Of a stretch of 54,354 nt of DNA, positions 24,905 through 34,544 are shown in pieces. Below the pieces are notes generated by a model that ran no database searches, was not told the DNA's origin, and saw only the letters and a program-made list of their open reading frames with translations. This DNA is from an uncultured Elusimicrobium sp. Its GTDB lineage: Bacteria > Elusimicrobiota > Elusimicrobia > Elusimicrobiales > UBA9959. A program made the translations under genes and the position numbers. The number at the start of each line of letters is the position of its first letter. Position 1 is the stretch's first letter. The stretch spans positions 1-54,354 of the forward strand of contig CACZRG010000099.1 of assembly GCA_902783485.1 (NCBI GenBank). The letters run 5' to 3'.

Positions 24905-26785
24905 ATGGAAAATCTGGAAGAGTACGGCATAAATCTTAAATGCAGCCAGTGTGGAAATATTCCTTCCACACCGGCCAGACACTGCGGCAAATGCGGTGGC
25001 AGCATTAAGATAAAATGCGGTCAGTGCGGACATCTGAGCGAATGGGGGCGTCATTACTGCGAGAAATGTGGCAATCCGCTGCCAAGAATATCCGAACCTC
25101 CGGAAAAACCCTCCTCTCCTTTTTCCTCCAAGGCCAAATCTGCGGCACAGCCCGGTACACCTGATAAACCGGCAGCACCCTCCAGACCTGTATTCAGTCT
25201 TAAGCTGCAAAGCCTGCAGGAAGCCGTTGATGAAATAGGTGACTCTTTCAGAAAAAAACTCCGGGATCTTTCCAGCAGGAAGAAAAAGGAACAGGACAGC
25301 ATAAACAGAAACACCCAGGAGAATAAGAAAAATCCGGAAAAAACAATGGCGGACAAAAAAAACAGCCAGAATCCGCCCAATATAAGTTTTACGGAACCTG
25401 ATGACAGGAAAAAGAAGGATTCAGGCAGGAAGAAACAGTTTCCATCCGAAGACAGGGCAGAAAAAAAGAAAAAAACTGATGTCCCGGAGAACACTGACAG
25501 AAATAATGCTTCCACGGGAAATAGCGATTCTGCACGAATTTCCGCCAGAGATAGTTCACGGATATCCGATCCTTCCGAGAAATCATCAGTAAAAAAGATT
25601 TCATTCTATGCACTTCTTATAGGTATAGTAGCAGCGCTTGCGGGCACGCTTTACTATGTACTTGTAAGGCCATACCTTCCAAAACTGCAGCTCACAATAG
25701 CAGCCAAAGATTATCTGACTGCTTTCACACAGGGGAGATATGAAGACGCCTACAAAATGCTTTCAACCAATTCAAAACTCATATGTCCGCTGGAAGATTA
25801 TCTTTATTACAACAAAAATAACTTTTCCGGTTCCAGAGAGTTCAGAAACATAGAAGTTCATTCAATAGCCCCCACGCACGCACTTGTAAAATATCAGATC
25901 CGCGATGACAAAGGCGAGTGGACAGACGATTATACATCTTTTTTAAGAGAGCAGGACAAGTGGACCAGACCGTATGCCTGGACACTTTATCAGCCAATAC
26001 AGGATTCGCTCAACCGCAGGGATTATATTCAGGCGCTTTACCTTGCGCAGAAACTTTATATGACAGATCCTGCCAATCCTGTGTCCTCTGCCTACCTCTG
26101 CATGGCAGAATACCATTCAGGGCTTTATGACAAATCAGCAGAATCCTGCGACAGTACACTGCAAAGCATTGAGGACTATCCTGTAAAAATGAATGCGGAA
26201 GAACTTAACTGGGTAATGGTGTATCTTGGTGGCAGTCTTGTACAGCAGAACCGCAAAAGGTCAGCTTTCGATGTATTCGACAGACTTGAAGAAAAAAACA
26301 ATCTTCTGCCGGAGCAGCAGTGCGCATACAGATATGACCGTGCTGAACTCTTCCTTAAAAACAGCGACTCTGAAAAAGCAAAAGCAGATCTGCGTATAGC
26401 CTCTGGAATATGCAGGGAGAAAGATCCTGTGAGACAGAAAGTATCTTTTCTGCTGAAACAGCTTGACGGTAAAGCCTCTTCCGAAGCAATTGCATTTGCC
26501 CAGAGATCAAAAATCAGAGAAGATCTGCCTACGGTTGAGGATCTGCGCAGGCAGATAATAAAATCGGAAGCAAGGAAAAGAGGTTCCGGCAGATATGCAC
26601 CTTCCGATGCATGGAAAGCAGAGTACAAGGGTAATGCCAACTACAGGGTAAGGCTTGAAAGCACATATCTGAATACCGAAACCGGTAAACCGGAAACAAA
26701 CGACATTTTCGTTGTAATAGTAAATCTGTGGAAAAACACAGGTACAATAGAAAAACCTATGGAGCTGCCTGAAGAATTCAGATAA
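24905..26785 (+). CDS. double zinc-ribbon, single-pass membrane protein with helical-repeat ectodomain
   Basis: N-terminal CSQCGN...CGKCGG...CGQCGH...CEKCGN gives four CxxC pairs. A Lys/Ser/Pro-rich disordered linker follows, then the TM helix FYALLIGIVAALAGTLYYVLV. The C-terminal domain of about 380 aa has TPR-like helical content. Confidence 0.6.
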   Translation: MENLEEYGINLKCSQCGNIPSTPARHCGKCGGSIKIKCGQCGHLSEWGRHYCEKCGNPLPRISEPPEKPSSPFSSKAKSAAQPGTPDKPAAPSRPVFSLKLQSLQEAVDEIGDSFRKKLRDLSSRKKKEQDSINRNTQENKKNPEKTMADKKNSQNPPNISFTEPDDRKKKDSGRKKQFPSEDRAEKKKKTDVPENTDRNNASTGNSDSARISARDSSRISDPSEKSSVKKISFYALLIGIVAALAGTLYYVLVRPYLPKLQLTIAAKDYLTAFTQGRYEDAYKMLSTNSKLICPLEDYLYYNKNNFSGSREFRNIEVHSIAPTHALVKYQIRDDKGEWTDDYTSFLREQDKWTRPYAWTLYQPIQDSLNRRDYIQALYLAQKLYMTDPANPVSSAYLCMAEYHSGLYDKSAESCDSTLQSIEDYPVKMNAEELNWVMVYLGGSLVQQNRKRSAFDVFDRLEEKNNLLPEQQCAYRYDRAELFLKNSDSEKAKADLRIASGICREKDPVRQKVSFLLKQLDGKASSEAIAFAQRSKIREDLPTVEDLRRQIIKSEARKRGSGRYAPSDAWKAEYKGNANYRVRLESTYLNTETGKPETNDIFVVIVNLWKNTGTIEKPMELPEEFR

Positions 26786-26786
26786 T

Positions 26787-28163
26787 ATGTTCAAGAAAGT
26801 TCTTATAGCTAACCGCGGTGAAATAGCCGTACGGATAATACGGACTCTCAGGGAAATGGGAATTTCGCCGGTTGTTGCCTATTCTCAGGCGGACATAAAT
26901 TCCCTGCCACTGCGGCTTGCTGACAAAACTGTATGCATAGGGCCAGCATCTGCGTCCCAAAGTTATCTGAACACAGACGCTATAATAGCAGCTGCAGAAA
27001 TAACAGGTGCAGACGCCATACATCCCGGCTATGGTTTTCTCTCTGAAAATGCTGATTTCGCACAGGCCTGCAGTGACTCGGGCATAACATTCATAGGCCC
27101 CTCTGCTGAAACAATACTTAAATTAGGCGACAAGGCCGGAGCAAGACGCATGGCCGTACAGGCAGGCATACCGGTCACTCCTGGGACAGACGTTTGTGTA
27201 ACACCAGAAAATTACGAACTTGAGGCGGCTAAAACAGGCTTTCCTCTTATGATAAAAGCAACAGCCGGCGGAGGCGGTAAAGGCATAAGAGTTGTACGGG
27301 ATATGGCCTCGCTTAAAAACGAACTTCAGATAGCTTCTGCGGAAGCGATGTCCGCTTTTGGAAACAGCGATGTGTATTTTGAGAAATATCTTGAAAACCC
27401 ACGGCATATAGAAATGCAGTTTGTCCGGGATTCAAAAGGGAACACTGTAACATTCCCGGAAAGGGATTGTTCCATACAGCGAAGGCATCAGAAACTTATA
27501 GAGGAAACTCCTTCCTCAGCGGTTTCGGAACAGCTCCGCAACAGACTCAGCAGAGCCGCGATGAAACTTGCGGATACTGCCGGGTATGTTGGCGCCGGTA
27601 CCGTGGAATTTCTGCTTGACAGGGAAGGCGGGTTCTGGTTTATGGAAGTCAACACACGTCTTCAGGTTGAGCACCCGGTAACAGAAGCTGTCACCGGGAC
27701 AGATCTTGTGCGCGAGCAGATCCTGGCAGCAGCAGGCGAACCGCTTTCCATACCAGCCGGGAGCCTGGCCCCACACGGACACGCCATTGAATTCAGGATA
27801 AATGCGGAAGACCCAGAAGAGGATTTCCGGCCAGGCGCAGGAATAATACAGAATCTGTTCCTTCCAGGTGGTCCCGGGGTGAGAACAGATACCCATCTCT
27901 ACACCGGGTATTCACTGCCTGTATTTTATGACAGTCTTATTGCCAAACTTATAGTTCACGCGGCTGACCGGGGACAGGCAGTAAACCGCGCCGCCAGAGC
28001 ATTGCGTGAATTAGAGATAACCGGAATAAAAACCACTGTTCCATTCCATATGTCTATTATACAGGATAGTGATTTCCGTTCCGGTCACACCCACACCGGC
28101 TTTGCTGAAGCTTTCATCGCAGGCATAAAGAAGAATAAAAAACAGGATCTGACAAACAATTAA
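26787..28163 (+). CDS. accC: biotin carboxylase
   Basis: N-terminal MFKKVLIANRGEIAVRIIRT, ATP-grasp GGGGKGIR, and EMNTR-like MEVNTRLQVEHPVTE. 458 aa. Confidence 0.92.
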   Translation: MFKKVLIANRGEIAVRIIRTLREMGISPVVAYSQADINSLPLRLADKTVCIGPASASQSYLNTDAIIAAAEITGADAIHPGYGFLSENADFAQACSDSGITFIGPSAETILKLGDKAGARRMAVQAGIPVTPGTDVCVTPENYELEAAKTGFPLMIKATAGGGGKGIRVVRDMASLKNELQIASAEAMSAFGNSDVYFEKYLENPRHIEMQFVRDSKGNTVTFPERDCSIQRRHQKLIEETPSSAVSEQLRNRLSRAAMKLADTAGYVGAGTVEFLLDREGGFWFMEVNTRLQVEHPVTEAVTGTDLVREQILAAAGEPLSIPAGSLAPHGHAIEFRINAEDPEEDFRPGAGIIQNLFLPGGPGVRTDTHLYTGYSLPVFYDSLIAKLIVHAADRGQAVNRAARALRELEITGIKTTVPFHMSIIQDSDFRSGHTHTGFAEAFIAGIKKNKKQDLTNN

Positions 28164-28181
28164 AAACGGACAGAAAGATTT

Positions 28182-29384
28182 ATGAAAGACTTATTTCAGA
28201 AATGTTATGATTTTCACATTGCCAAAGACCTTATAGCGGCAGACCGCTATCCGTATTACAAGGTACTGGAAACCGAGCAGGCGCCGGAAATAGTTATAGA
28301 CGGCAAAAAAATGATAATGTTAGGTTCCAATAATTACCTTGGTCTGGCAAATGATCCGAGAATGAAACAGGCTGCGATAAAAGCTGTTCTGGAATTCGGT
28401 ACAGGCGTGGCAGGCTCAAGACTTCTCAATGGAAATACCATTCTTCATCAGAATCTTGAAAAAAAGCTTGCCGCTTTCAAAAAACGCGATGCAGCACTTG
28501 TGTATGCCACTGGATACCAGATGAATGTGGGAGTAATTTCCTCCATAATAGGCAAGGGTGATTATGTCATTCTGGACAAACTGGACCATGCCAGCATTAT
28601 AGACGGCTGCAGACTTTCACACGGTGAAATAAAACGCTACCGCCATAATGACATAAAAGATCTTGAGAAAGTACTTGCCTCCATAGGACCTGACCATGGA
28701 AAAGCGGTTGTTATAGACGGTGTTTTTTCCATGGAAGGCGATATAGCGCCACTGCCTGAAATAGTAAAAACAGCAAAAGCGTATGGTGCGCGCGTAATTG
28801 TCGATGACGCTCACGCAACTGGTGTTCTGGGCGCTACAGGCGCAGGCACATGCGAATATTTCGGTCTTGAAAACGGCGAAGTGGATCTCGTTGTCGGAAC
28901 CTGCTCCAAATCTTTCGCATCCGTAGGCGGTTTCGTAGTTGGAGATGCTGATGTAATACACTATATACGCCATACATCACGCTCAATGATTTTTTCAGCA
29001 GCACTTCCACCCGGTCCGGTTGCCTCAATATCCAAAGCCATAGATATAATACAGCAGGAGCCACAGCGGCGCAGACAGCTTTGGGACAATGCCGCGTATC
29101 TGAAAAAAGCCTTCGAGGATATGGGACTTGACACCGGAAAGACACAGACTCCGATAGTACCGGTAATCATAGGAGACGATGAAAAAGCATTCACGCTGTG
29201 GCATGAACTTTTCAACAACGGTCTTTTTACCAATTCCGTTGTCTCTCCTGCAGTACCGCCCAACAGGGCACTGCTACGTGTAGTAGCAACAGCGACACAC
29301 ACAAAACAGCATCTTGACAGGGCCCTGAATATCTTCGAACACGCGGCGAAGAAAATTCTTGGTTCACGTATGTCATCAAAATAA
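28182..29384 (+). CDS. PLP-dependent alpha-oxoamine synthase, serine-palmitoyltransferase-like (Spt/Kbl/BioF family)
   Basis: SNNYLGL, GSRLLNG (Spt-like; compare GSRMLNG), YVILDKLDHASIIDG, and the PLP-lysine motif GTCSKSF. 400 aa. Confidence 0.85.
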   Translation: MKDLFQKCYDFHIAKDLIAADRYPYYKVLETEQAPEIVIDGKKMIMLGSNNYLGLANDPRMKQAAIKAVLEFGTGVAGSRLLNGNTILHQNLEKKLAAFKKRDAALVYATGYQMNVGVISSIIGKGDYVILDKLDHASIIDGCRLSHGEIKRYRHNDIKDLEKVLASIGPDHGKAVVIDGVFSMEGDIAPLPEIVKTAKAYGARVIVDDAHATGVLGATGAGTCEYFGLENGEVDLVVGTCSKSFASVGGFVVGDADVIHYIRHTSRSMIFSAALPPGPVASISKAIDIIQQEPQRRRQLWDNAAYLKKAFEDMGLDTGKTQTPIVPVIIGDDEKAFTLWHELFNNGLFTNSVVSPAVPPNRALLRVVATATHTKQHLDRALNIFEHAAKKILGSRMSSK

Positions 29385-29390
29385 TGTTTT

Positions 29391-30503
29391 ATGAATCTGG
29401 AAATCAAGGAAATACCTGACAGCAAACTGCATCATTTTGTTAACTTTCCTTACCGGATGTTCGCACGGGATCCATACTGGACAGGTGAGTTCATCAAGGA
29501 TACGACGCATCTTTTATCTACCTCCCACCCATTCTGGAATCATGGTGAAAGAAAACTGTTTCTGGCATGGCGCGACGGCCAGATAACAGGCAGGATAGCC
29601 GCGATAATAAACAGGGCACATAACTCATTTCACAATGACAACTGCGGATTCTACGGTTTTTTTGACTGCGAAAACAGAAAAGAGACAGCAGCAGCACTGT
29701 TTGAAGCCGCTGAAAGCTGGCTGAAAAAGAAAGGCTTTGATAATATTATAGGCCCGGTAAATCCGTCCACAAATGAAACATGCGGAACGCTTATTGATTC
29801 TTTCAATATGCCTCCGATGATAATGATGCCTTACAATCCTCCGTATTACGCGGAGCTTACGGAAGCCGCCGGATATACAAAAGCCAAAGATCTTTTTGCT
29901 TTCCGTATTGATCCTAATGCCGGTCTTCCGGCGAAGTATCAGAAACTTCTGGACCGTATTGTAAAACGCAATGAAGGATTAAGAATACAGAAAGTTGATA
30001 TAAAGAATATTGATACCGAGATATCCAGGCTTAAATCAATTTATAATGAGGCATGGGAAAAAAACTGGGGTTTTGTTCCTATGACCTCAGAAGAATTCGA
30101 CGAGCTGGCACGTTCCGTAAAACAGGTTCTTAAACCCGAACTGCTTTATTTTGCCATGTATGGCAATGAGCCTGCCGGCTTCGTGCTGATACTGCCCAAT
30201 CTGAACCCGGCGCTAAAGACAGCAAATGGAAAACTGAACATATTCAATATATTCAGATTCCTTATGGCAATGAGGAAAACCGACTCCGGCAGAATGCTCA
30301 CTCTCGGTGTAAAAAAAGAATACCGTAACCGCGGGCTGGAACTGCTGCTGATAAAACAGGCAATGGTCTCTGCTTCTGAACTGGGCTGGAAATGGGGAGA
30401 GATGTCCTGGACTCTTGAGGACAATGACCTTATAAACAATACCATTTACGCAGTCGGCGGAGAAAAATACAAAACTTACAGACTATACAGCAAAAAACTG
30501 TAA
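29391..30503 (+). CDS. GNAT-fold-like N-acyltransferase candidate, function unknown
   Basis: 370 aa. The C-terminal third (GFVLILPN...MLTLGVKKEYRNRGLELLL) has the R/Q-x-x-G-x-G/A-like acyl-CoA binding pattern of GNAT enzymes. It starts 7 nt after the alpha-oxoamine synthase gene. Confidence 0.45.
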   Translation: MNLEIKEIPDSKLHHFVNFPYRMFARDPYWTGEFIKDTTHLLSTSHPFWNHGERKLFLAWRDGQITGRIAAIINRAHNSFHNDNCGFYGFFDCENRKETAAALFEAAESWLKKKGFDNIIGPVNPSTNETCGTLIDSFNMPPMIMMPYNPPYYAELTEAAGYTKAKDLFAFRIDPNAGLPAKYQKLLDRIVKRNEGLRIQKVDIKNIDTEISRLKSIYNEAWEKNWGFVPMTSEEFDELARSVKQVLKPELLYFAMYGNEPAGFVLILPNLNPALKTANGKLNIFNIFRFLMAMRKTDSGRMLTLGVKKEYRNRGLELLLIKQAMVSASELGWKWGEMSWTLEDNDLINNTIYAVGGEKYKTYRLYSKKL

Positions 30504-30528
30504 TTTGTATTTGGTCGTAAATAAGCAT

Positions 30529-30556
30529 AAAAAAGGCTCCGCATGGAGCCTTTTTT
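30529..30556. terminator. bidirectional rho-independent terminator between convergent genes
   Basis: aaaaaaggctcc-gcat-ggagcctttttt: the two arms are perfectly complementary (GC core ggctcc/ggagcc), with A6/T6 runs at the outer ends. Confidence 0.75.
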
Positions 30557-30582
30557 ACGCTTATTTTCCTGTTCAAAAATAA

Positions 30583-32112
30583 TCAGAACAGCAGCGAGAA
30601 TGTGAAAGACGCACCGCCGTGTGTCGGATATTCCTTTTTATCAATTTCCGTGGTACTGGAGGAAATCATTCCGGCAAAATCAAATGCCATATGCACAAAA
30701 TGCAGACCGAAACCGGCAGTATATGCCATATCTGAATCACTTTCGGCGATATTCTTCATTATTCCGGCCCGCAATGGGAAATTGAAGGTGAGACTGTGTC
30801 CAAGATTAAATTCTGCTCCCAGAGCAAGCTGGCGGGATTTGAAATTGTCCACCAGTGTTTTATTCTCAGTAACATCGATATCGGCAGCCACAGTAATCCA
30901 TGATACCGGGGTAACAGAAGCGCCAGCACGTACCTGACGGTCATATTTATACTTATTACCAGTGACATATTTGAATTCCGGGCTGTTGATATTGCGTGCG
31001 ACAATACCGGCCTTTACAGGCACGGAAAGCGAGGGAACATATTTTGTGATATTCCACAGCACACCTATATCAGCCGCCGGCTGCCAGGTTGATTTAACAT
31101 CCCTGTCATAATCAAAATCATCCGGCTTGCCATCCTTCATGAAATCATATGTATAGGCAGCCGTGTAACCGTTTATCATTTTAAGATTGCCACCTACTGA
31201 CAGACCTGGGACCTTTTCAATATCCCAGGCATAGCCCACGGCAACTTCCATCATGGATGCCGCCTTAGCTTCAAGGCGGGATTCATTATTCTTATAACTG
31301 TGCGCATCGCCTCCACCTGCGGCGGCTTCCACGACAGACTGTACATGCGGGGCATAGCCGGCAAGAATATTGGCCGCCTCGGTTATCTGACTGTCTGATA
31401 GACTGTTATCTCTTGCTGTCTTAAGCAGGAAATTGGCAAGCCCTTCCGCTGTCAGTCCGGGGGGATTACCAAGAAGAGTCTTAAGATTATCAAACCCCAG
31501 TGCATTAATAGCGCTTACGATCATGTCATACTGGGACTCAAGACCCGCCGGCGTAGAACCCTCATTATTCACGGTGACACCGCTCAGGCCGTCCGAGTTA
31601 TCAAGGGCAATATTCTTAGTATCTATATCCGGTATAAAACCGACCGTGGTAAAATTGTTTATCGAAACGGAAACCTTGGAAAATTTAAAGTCAAGCCCCG
31701 CATTTACATCTGCGACAAGCCCCTTGTCCCCATCATTCGCAATATCTTTAAGAAGGGAAAGTGTTTTGACAAATGCTGCTATATCGTCAGCATCTACCGC
31801 ACCGCCGTTTTTCTGCAGATCGTTTATGCGTTTGAATTTATCCGCCATTTCGGATATTTTGCTGGCATTTTTTGCAAGTTCACCGGTAACCTCCGCCTTT
31901 ACACCTACAGGAAGCTGAAATCCTGAATAATTGTCATCATCATGCGGAACAAGGCCTGCAGGATTCCAATACTGTGCTACAGGTCCCTCAGCAACACCGA
32001 CAAATGCTCCGCCCATTCCCATGGGCCGGGTTCCCATTATCTGCCACTGTGCGGCAGATGAATAACCGGCAGAAATAAAAACCATTGATAAGAACAGAAG
32101 AATTTTTTTCAT
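30583..32112 (-). CDS. outer-membrane beta-barrel protein (PorV/TraF/FadL-like N-terminal signature)
   Basis: Signal peptide present. GTRPMGMGGAFVGVAEGPVAQYWNPAGL motif near the mature N-terminus. The C-terminal half has alternating amphipathic strands and ends in an aromatic residue (FSLLF). Confidence 0.55.
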   Translation of the reverse strand: MKKILLFLSMVFISAGYSSAAQWQIMGTRPMGMGGAFVGVAEGPVAQYWNPAGLVPHDDDNYSGFQLPVGVKAEVTGELAKNASKISEMADKFKRINDLQKNGGAVDADDIAAFVKTLSLLKDIANDGDKGLVADVNAGLDFKFSKVSVSINNFTTVGFIPDIDTKNIALDNSDGLSGVTVNNEGSTPAGLESQYDMIVSAINALGFDNLKTLLGNPPGLTAEGLANFLLKTARDNSLSDSQITEAANILAGYAPHVQSVVEAAAGGGDAHSYKNNESRLEAKAASMMEVAVGYAWDIEKVPGLSVGGNLKMINGYTAAYTYDFMKDGKPDDFDYDRDVKSTWQPAADIGVLWNITKYVPSLSVPVKAGIVARNINSPEFKYVTGNKYKYDRQVRAGASVTPVSWITVAADIDVTENKTLVDNFKSRQLALGAEFNLGHSLTFNFPLRAGIMKNIAESDSDMAYTAGFGLHFVHMAFDFAGMISSSTTEIDKKEYPTHGGASFTFSLLF

Positions 32113-32259
32113 ATTCCACCTCTGTAAATTTTAAAAATTATAACATATTTCACTATCAGGATATGCCTGACAGTTATAAAACAGAAATTTCCCGACGTGC
32201 TGTAAGACGGCACTTGTCAGCAGGTAATTATCTGCAAAGGCATAAAAAATTTCTGTACT

Positions 32260-33762
32260 TCACCGCGGTGATCCGTCAGCAGCTTCCGCACTGATTTTTT
32301 CCAGCAGGGTTTCAGTATATTTATCCCCCGGCTGAAATTCAAGTTCCTTACGCAGTTCTGAAACGGCTTCTTTTATTCTTCCCTTTTTATACGCTATAAG
32401 AGCGAGTTTTCCGTGAATCACAGGCTGTGAAGGCTGTATTTCAAGCGAACGGCGGTAATAATAATCAGCAGCGCCGTAAAGCATTCTCTGCTCCTCAAAT
32501 AACCCAGCCCATACGCATAAATCAAAATCAGCAGGTGAATCCTTTACAAGCCTGCCCCAGAAAATTTCCCTGTTTTCATAAAATGTACTGTGACAGAATG
32601 ACACCGAAGCGGAAAAGACTGCAAAAACCAGGGCTATCACTATACCGGTAAAACGAGATTTAAACGGCAGTACCGCCTGCGCAGCCATAAGAAGCATTCC
32701 GGCCAGTGGAACATAAAGCCTGTGATCAAAATAACTTCCACCGAAACTTATACCCTGTCCGGCGGCCATTGTTGGAGCAAGAAACACCAGAAACCAGCAT
32801 ATGCCAAAAATATATTTTTTCAGACATTCTTTTTTCTGTGGTGGAAGCAGAAAGTATACTGCCACCGGAAACATCAGTCCCAAAAGTGAATAAAACATTA
32901 TATGTGGCAGATGTACGTATGTAGCAGAAAGCACTGGCTCCGCCGGGAACAGGGCACGCCCGGCCAGGGCAGGCAGATACAGCATGTTCGACAATGTTGC
33001 CGCTATTTCCGGCCTTACAATTACGGTATCAGACAAAGCACGCAGAACGGCCCATAATATTACCGGCATGATGGAAAAAATCATAAACATCAGTATTTTT
33101 TTCTTTTCCGCATTTCCGCCGTTCATAAACAGCCAGAGAAGACATAAAAAAGGAAACAGGACAGATGATTCCTTTGAAAACAGCGCCAGCATAAAGAAAA
33201 AAGAGTAAAGCAGAAGATTTTTAAGACCTCCGCCGTTACGGTACTTTTCAAAGAAAATAAAAGCCGGAAATACAAATGCCGCCAGAAGCGTATCATTCCG
33301 GCCAGGTATCCATGATACGGCCACTGCGGCGGCAGGATGCGTTGCAAATATACATGCCAGCGCAGCGGCTGTATATTTCTTAACTGAAAAAAGCCGCAGG
33401 AAATGAAATATCAGGCATACGCCCAACGCATGAAAAACAATATTTATAAAATGGCTGAAAACAAATCCGGTCCCGTTAAGTCTTACATCAGCCATAAAGG
33501 TAGCATTAAGCAGCGGCCTGTACATATTACCAGAATTATTTATAAGCACGCCTTTTGTAAACAGCTGAAAAAAATTAAGCGGGTCGGCAAGAAATCGGGC
33601 CGGCTGAACAAGAAGATAGTAATCATCCAGCCATGTAATGCCGTAATAAAGCGTATGCCTGTAAAGGACAAAGCACAGACAGACAAGCAAAAGACATATC
33701 ATCCGGTCCGACAGAACAAAACCGGAGTCTGTCTGCAGCACATCATCAGCATTCACAGCCAT
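32260..33762 (-). CDS. multi-pass membrane protein with C-terminal TPR repeats (GT-C/PMT-like glycosyltransferase candidate)
   Basis: About 10 predicted TM segments. N-terminal YGITWLDDYYLL, FMADVRLNG and HPAAAVAVSWIPGRND motifs. The C-terminal TPR-like part reads AADYYYRRSLEIQPSQP...AYKKGRIKEA. It is a paralog of 34522..36003. Confidence 0.6.
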   Translation of the reverse strand: MAVNADDVLQTDSGFVLSDRMICLLLVCLCFVLYRHTLYYGITWLDDYYLLVQPARFLADPLNFFQLFTKGVLINNSGNMYRPLLNATFMADVRLNGTGFVFSHFINIVFHALGVCLIFHFLRLFSVKKYTAAALACIFATHPAAAVAVSWIPGRNDTLLAAFVFPAFIFFEKYRNGGGLKNLLLYSFFFMLALFSKESSVLFPFLCLLWLFMNGGNAEKKKILMFMIFSIMPVILWAVLRALSDTVIVRPEIAATLSNMLYLPALAGRALFPAEPVLSATYVHLPHIMFYSLLGLMFPVAVYFLLPPQKKECLKKYIFGICWFLVFLAPTMAAGQGISFGGSYFDHRLYVPLAGMLLMAAQAVLPFKSRFTGIVIALVFAVFSASVSFCHSTFYENREIFWGRLVKDSPADFDLCVWAGLFEEQRMLYGAADYYYRRSLEIQPSQPVIHGKLALIAYKKGRIKEAVSELRKELEFQPGDKYTETLLEKISAEAADGSPR

Positions 33763-33785
33763 ATATTCAGCCCTGTCACTCCCTG

Positions 33786-34544
33786 TCAGAACCTGTACCC
33801 GGAAAAATCACTGATGGCCGGCCTGCAGGTAAGATCAAAATGCAGTGGAGTTATGGAAATATATCCTTCCGATATGGCTGTCATATCACTTTCCGGTCTG
33901 CCGTCGGATACTGCCCTGTATTCCCCCTCAAGCCAGTAGTGACTGCGTCCATGATAATCTGTGTGCGAAGCATACCATTCATTATACCGGTACATACTCA
34001 TTTCCGTTATTCTGACACCTTTTATATCTGCTGCCGGAACAGCCGGTACATTTATATTTGCGAGAACACCACGTTTAAGAGGCCTGTCCTTAACAGCCTG
34101 TGCAAATTTTACGGCGAAATCAGCCGCAACGCTGAAATCCGTGTTTTTAACCGCGTCAAGCGAAACAGCCACCGCAGGGATACCTCTTAAAACAGCTTCC
34201 GCAGCAGCAGCGACCGTGCCGGAATAAAGTGCGTTTATTCCGGCATTATTTCCCGGATTTATGCCAGAAAATACAATATCAGGCGGATTGTCCTTCAGCA
34301 GTGTGGAAACCGCCAGCCTGCAGCAGTCCGCCGGACTGCCTGAGACAGAGTATGCCTCTATTCCACACGGATAATCAATCTTTTTAACACGCATGGAATC
34401 ATATATATTAATCATATGGCTCACTGCACTGCACTGTGCCGAAGGTGCCACCACAATAACCTCACCTGTCTGCCTAAGTGCAAGTGCAAGCGCCTTGATT
34501 CCCTCTGCGAAAAAACCATCATCATTCGTCACAAGAATTCTCAT
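33786..34544 (-). CDS. surE: 5'/3'-nucleotidase SurE
   Basis: MRILVTNDDG start and GINPGNN motif. The Met at 34544 is chosen as the start; it overlaps the upstream gene by 23 nt. Confidence 0.9.
   Translation of the reverse strand: MRILVTNDDGFFAEGIKALALALRQTGEVIVVAPSAQCSAVSHMINIYDSMRVKKIDYPCGIEAYSVSGSPADCCRLAVSTLLKDNPPDIVFSGINPGNNAGINALYSGTVAAAAEAVLRGIPAVAVSLDAVKNTDFSVAADFAVKFAQAVKDRPLKRGVLANINVPAVPAADIKGVRITEMSMYRYNEWYASHTDYHGRSHYWLEGEYRAVSDGRPESDMTAISEGYISITPLHFDLTCRPAISDFSGYRF

Noticed and set aside
28182-29384. Annotating the alpha-oxoamine synthase as BioF because it neighbours biotin-dependent accB/accC.
   Set aside because: The motif context (GSRLLNG, N-terminal YPYYKVLE...IDGKKMIMLGSNNYLGL, 400 aa) looks closer to Spt/Kbl than to BioF, and no other bio genes are adjacent. 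The call is kept as family-level only, and the BioF alternative is left as an explicit test.
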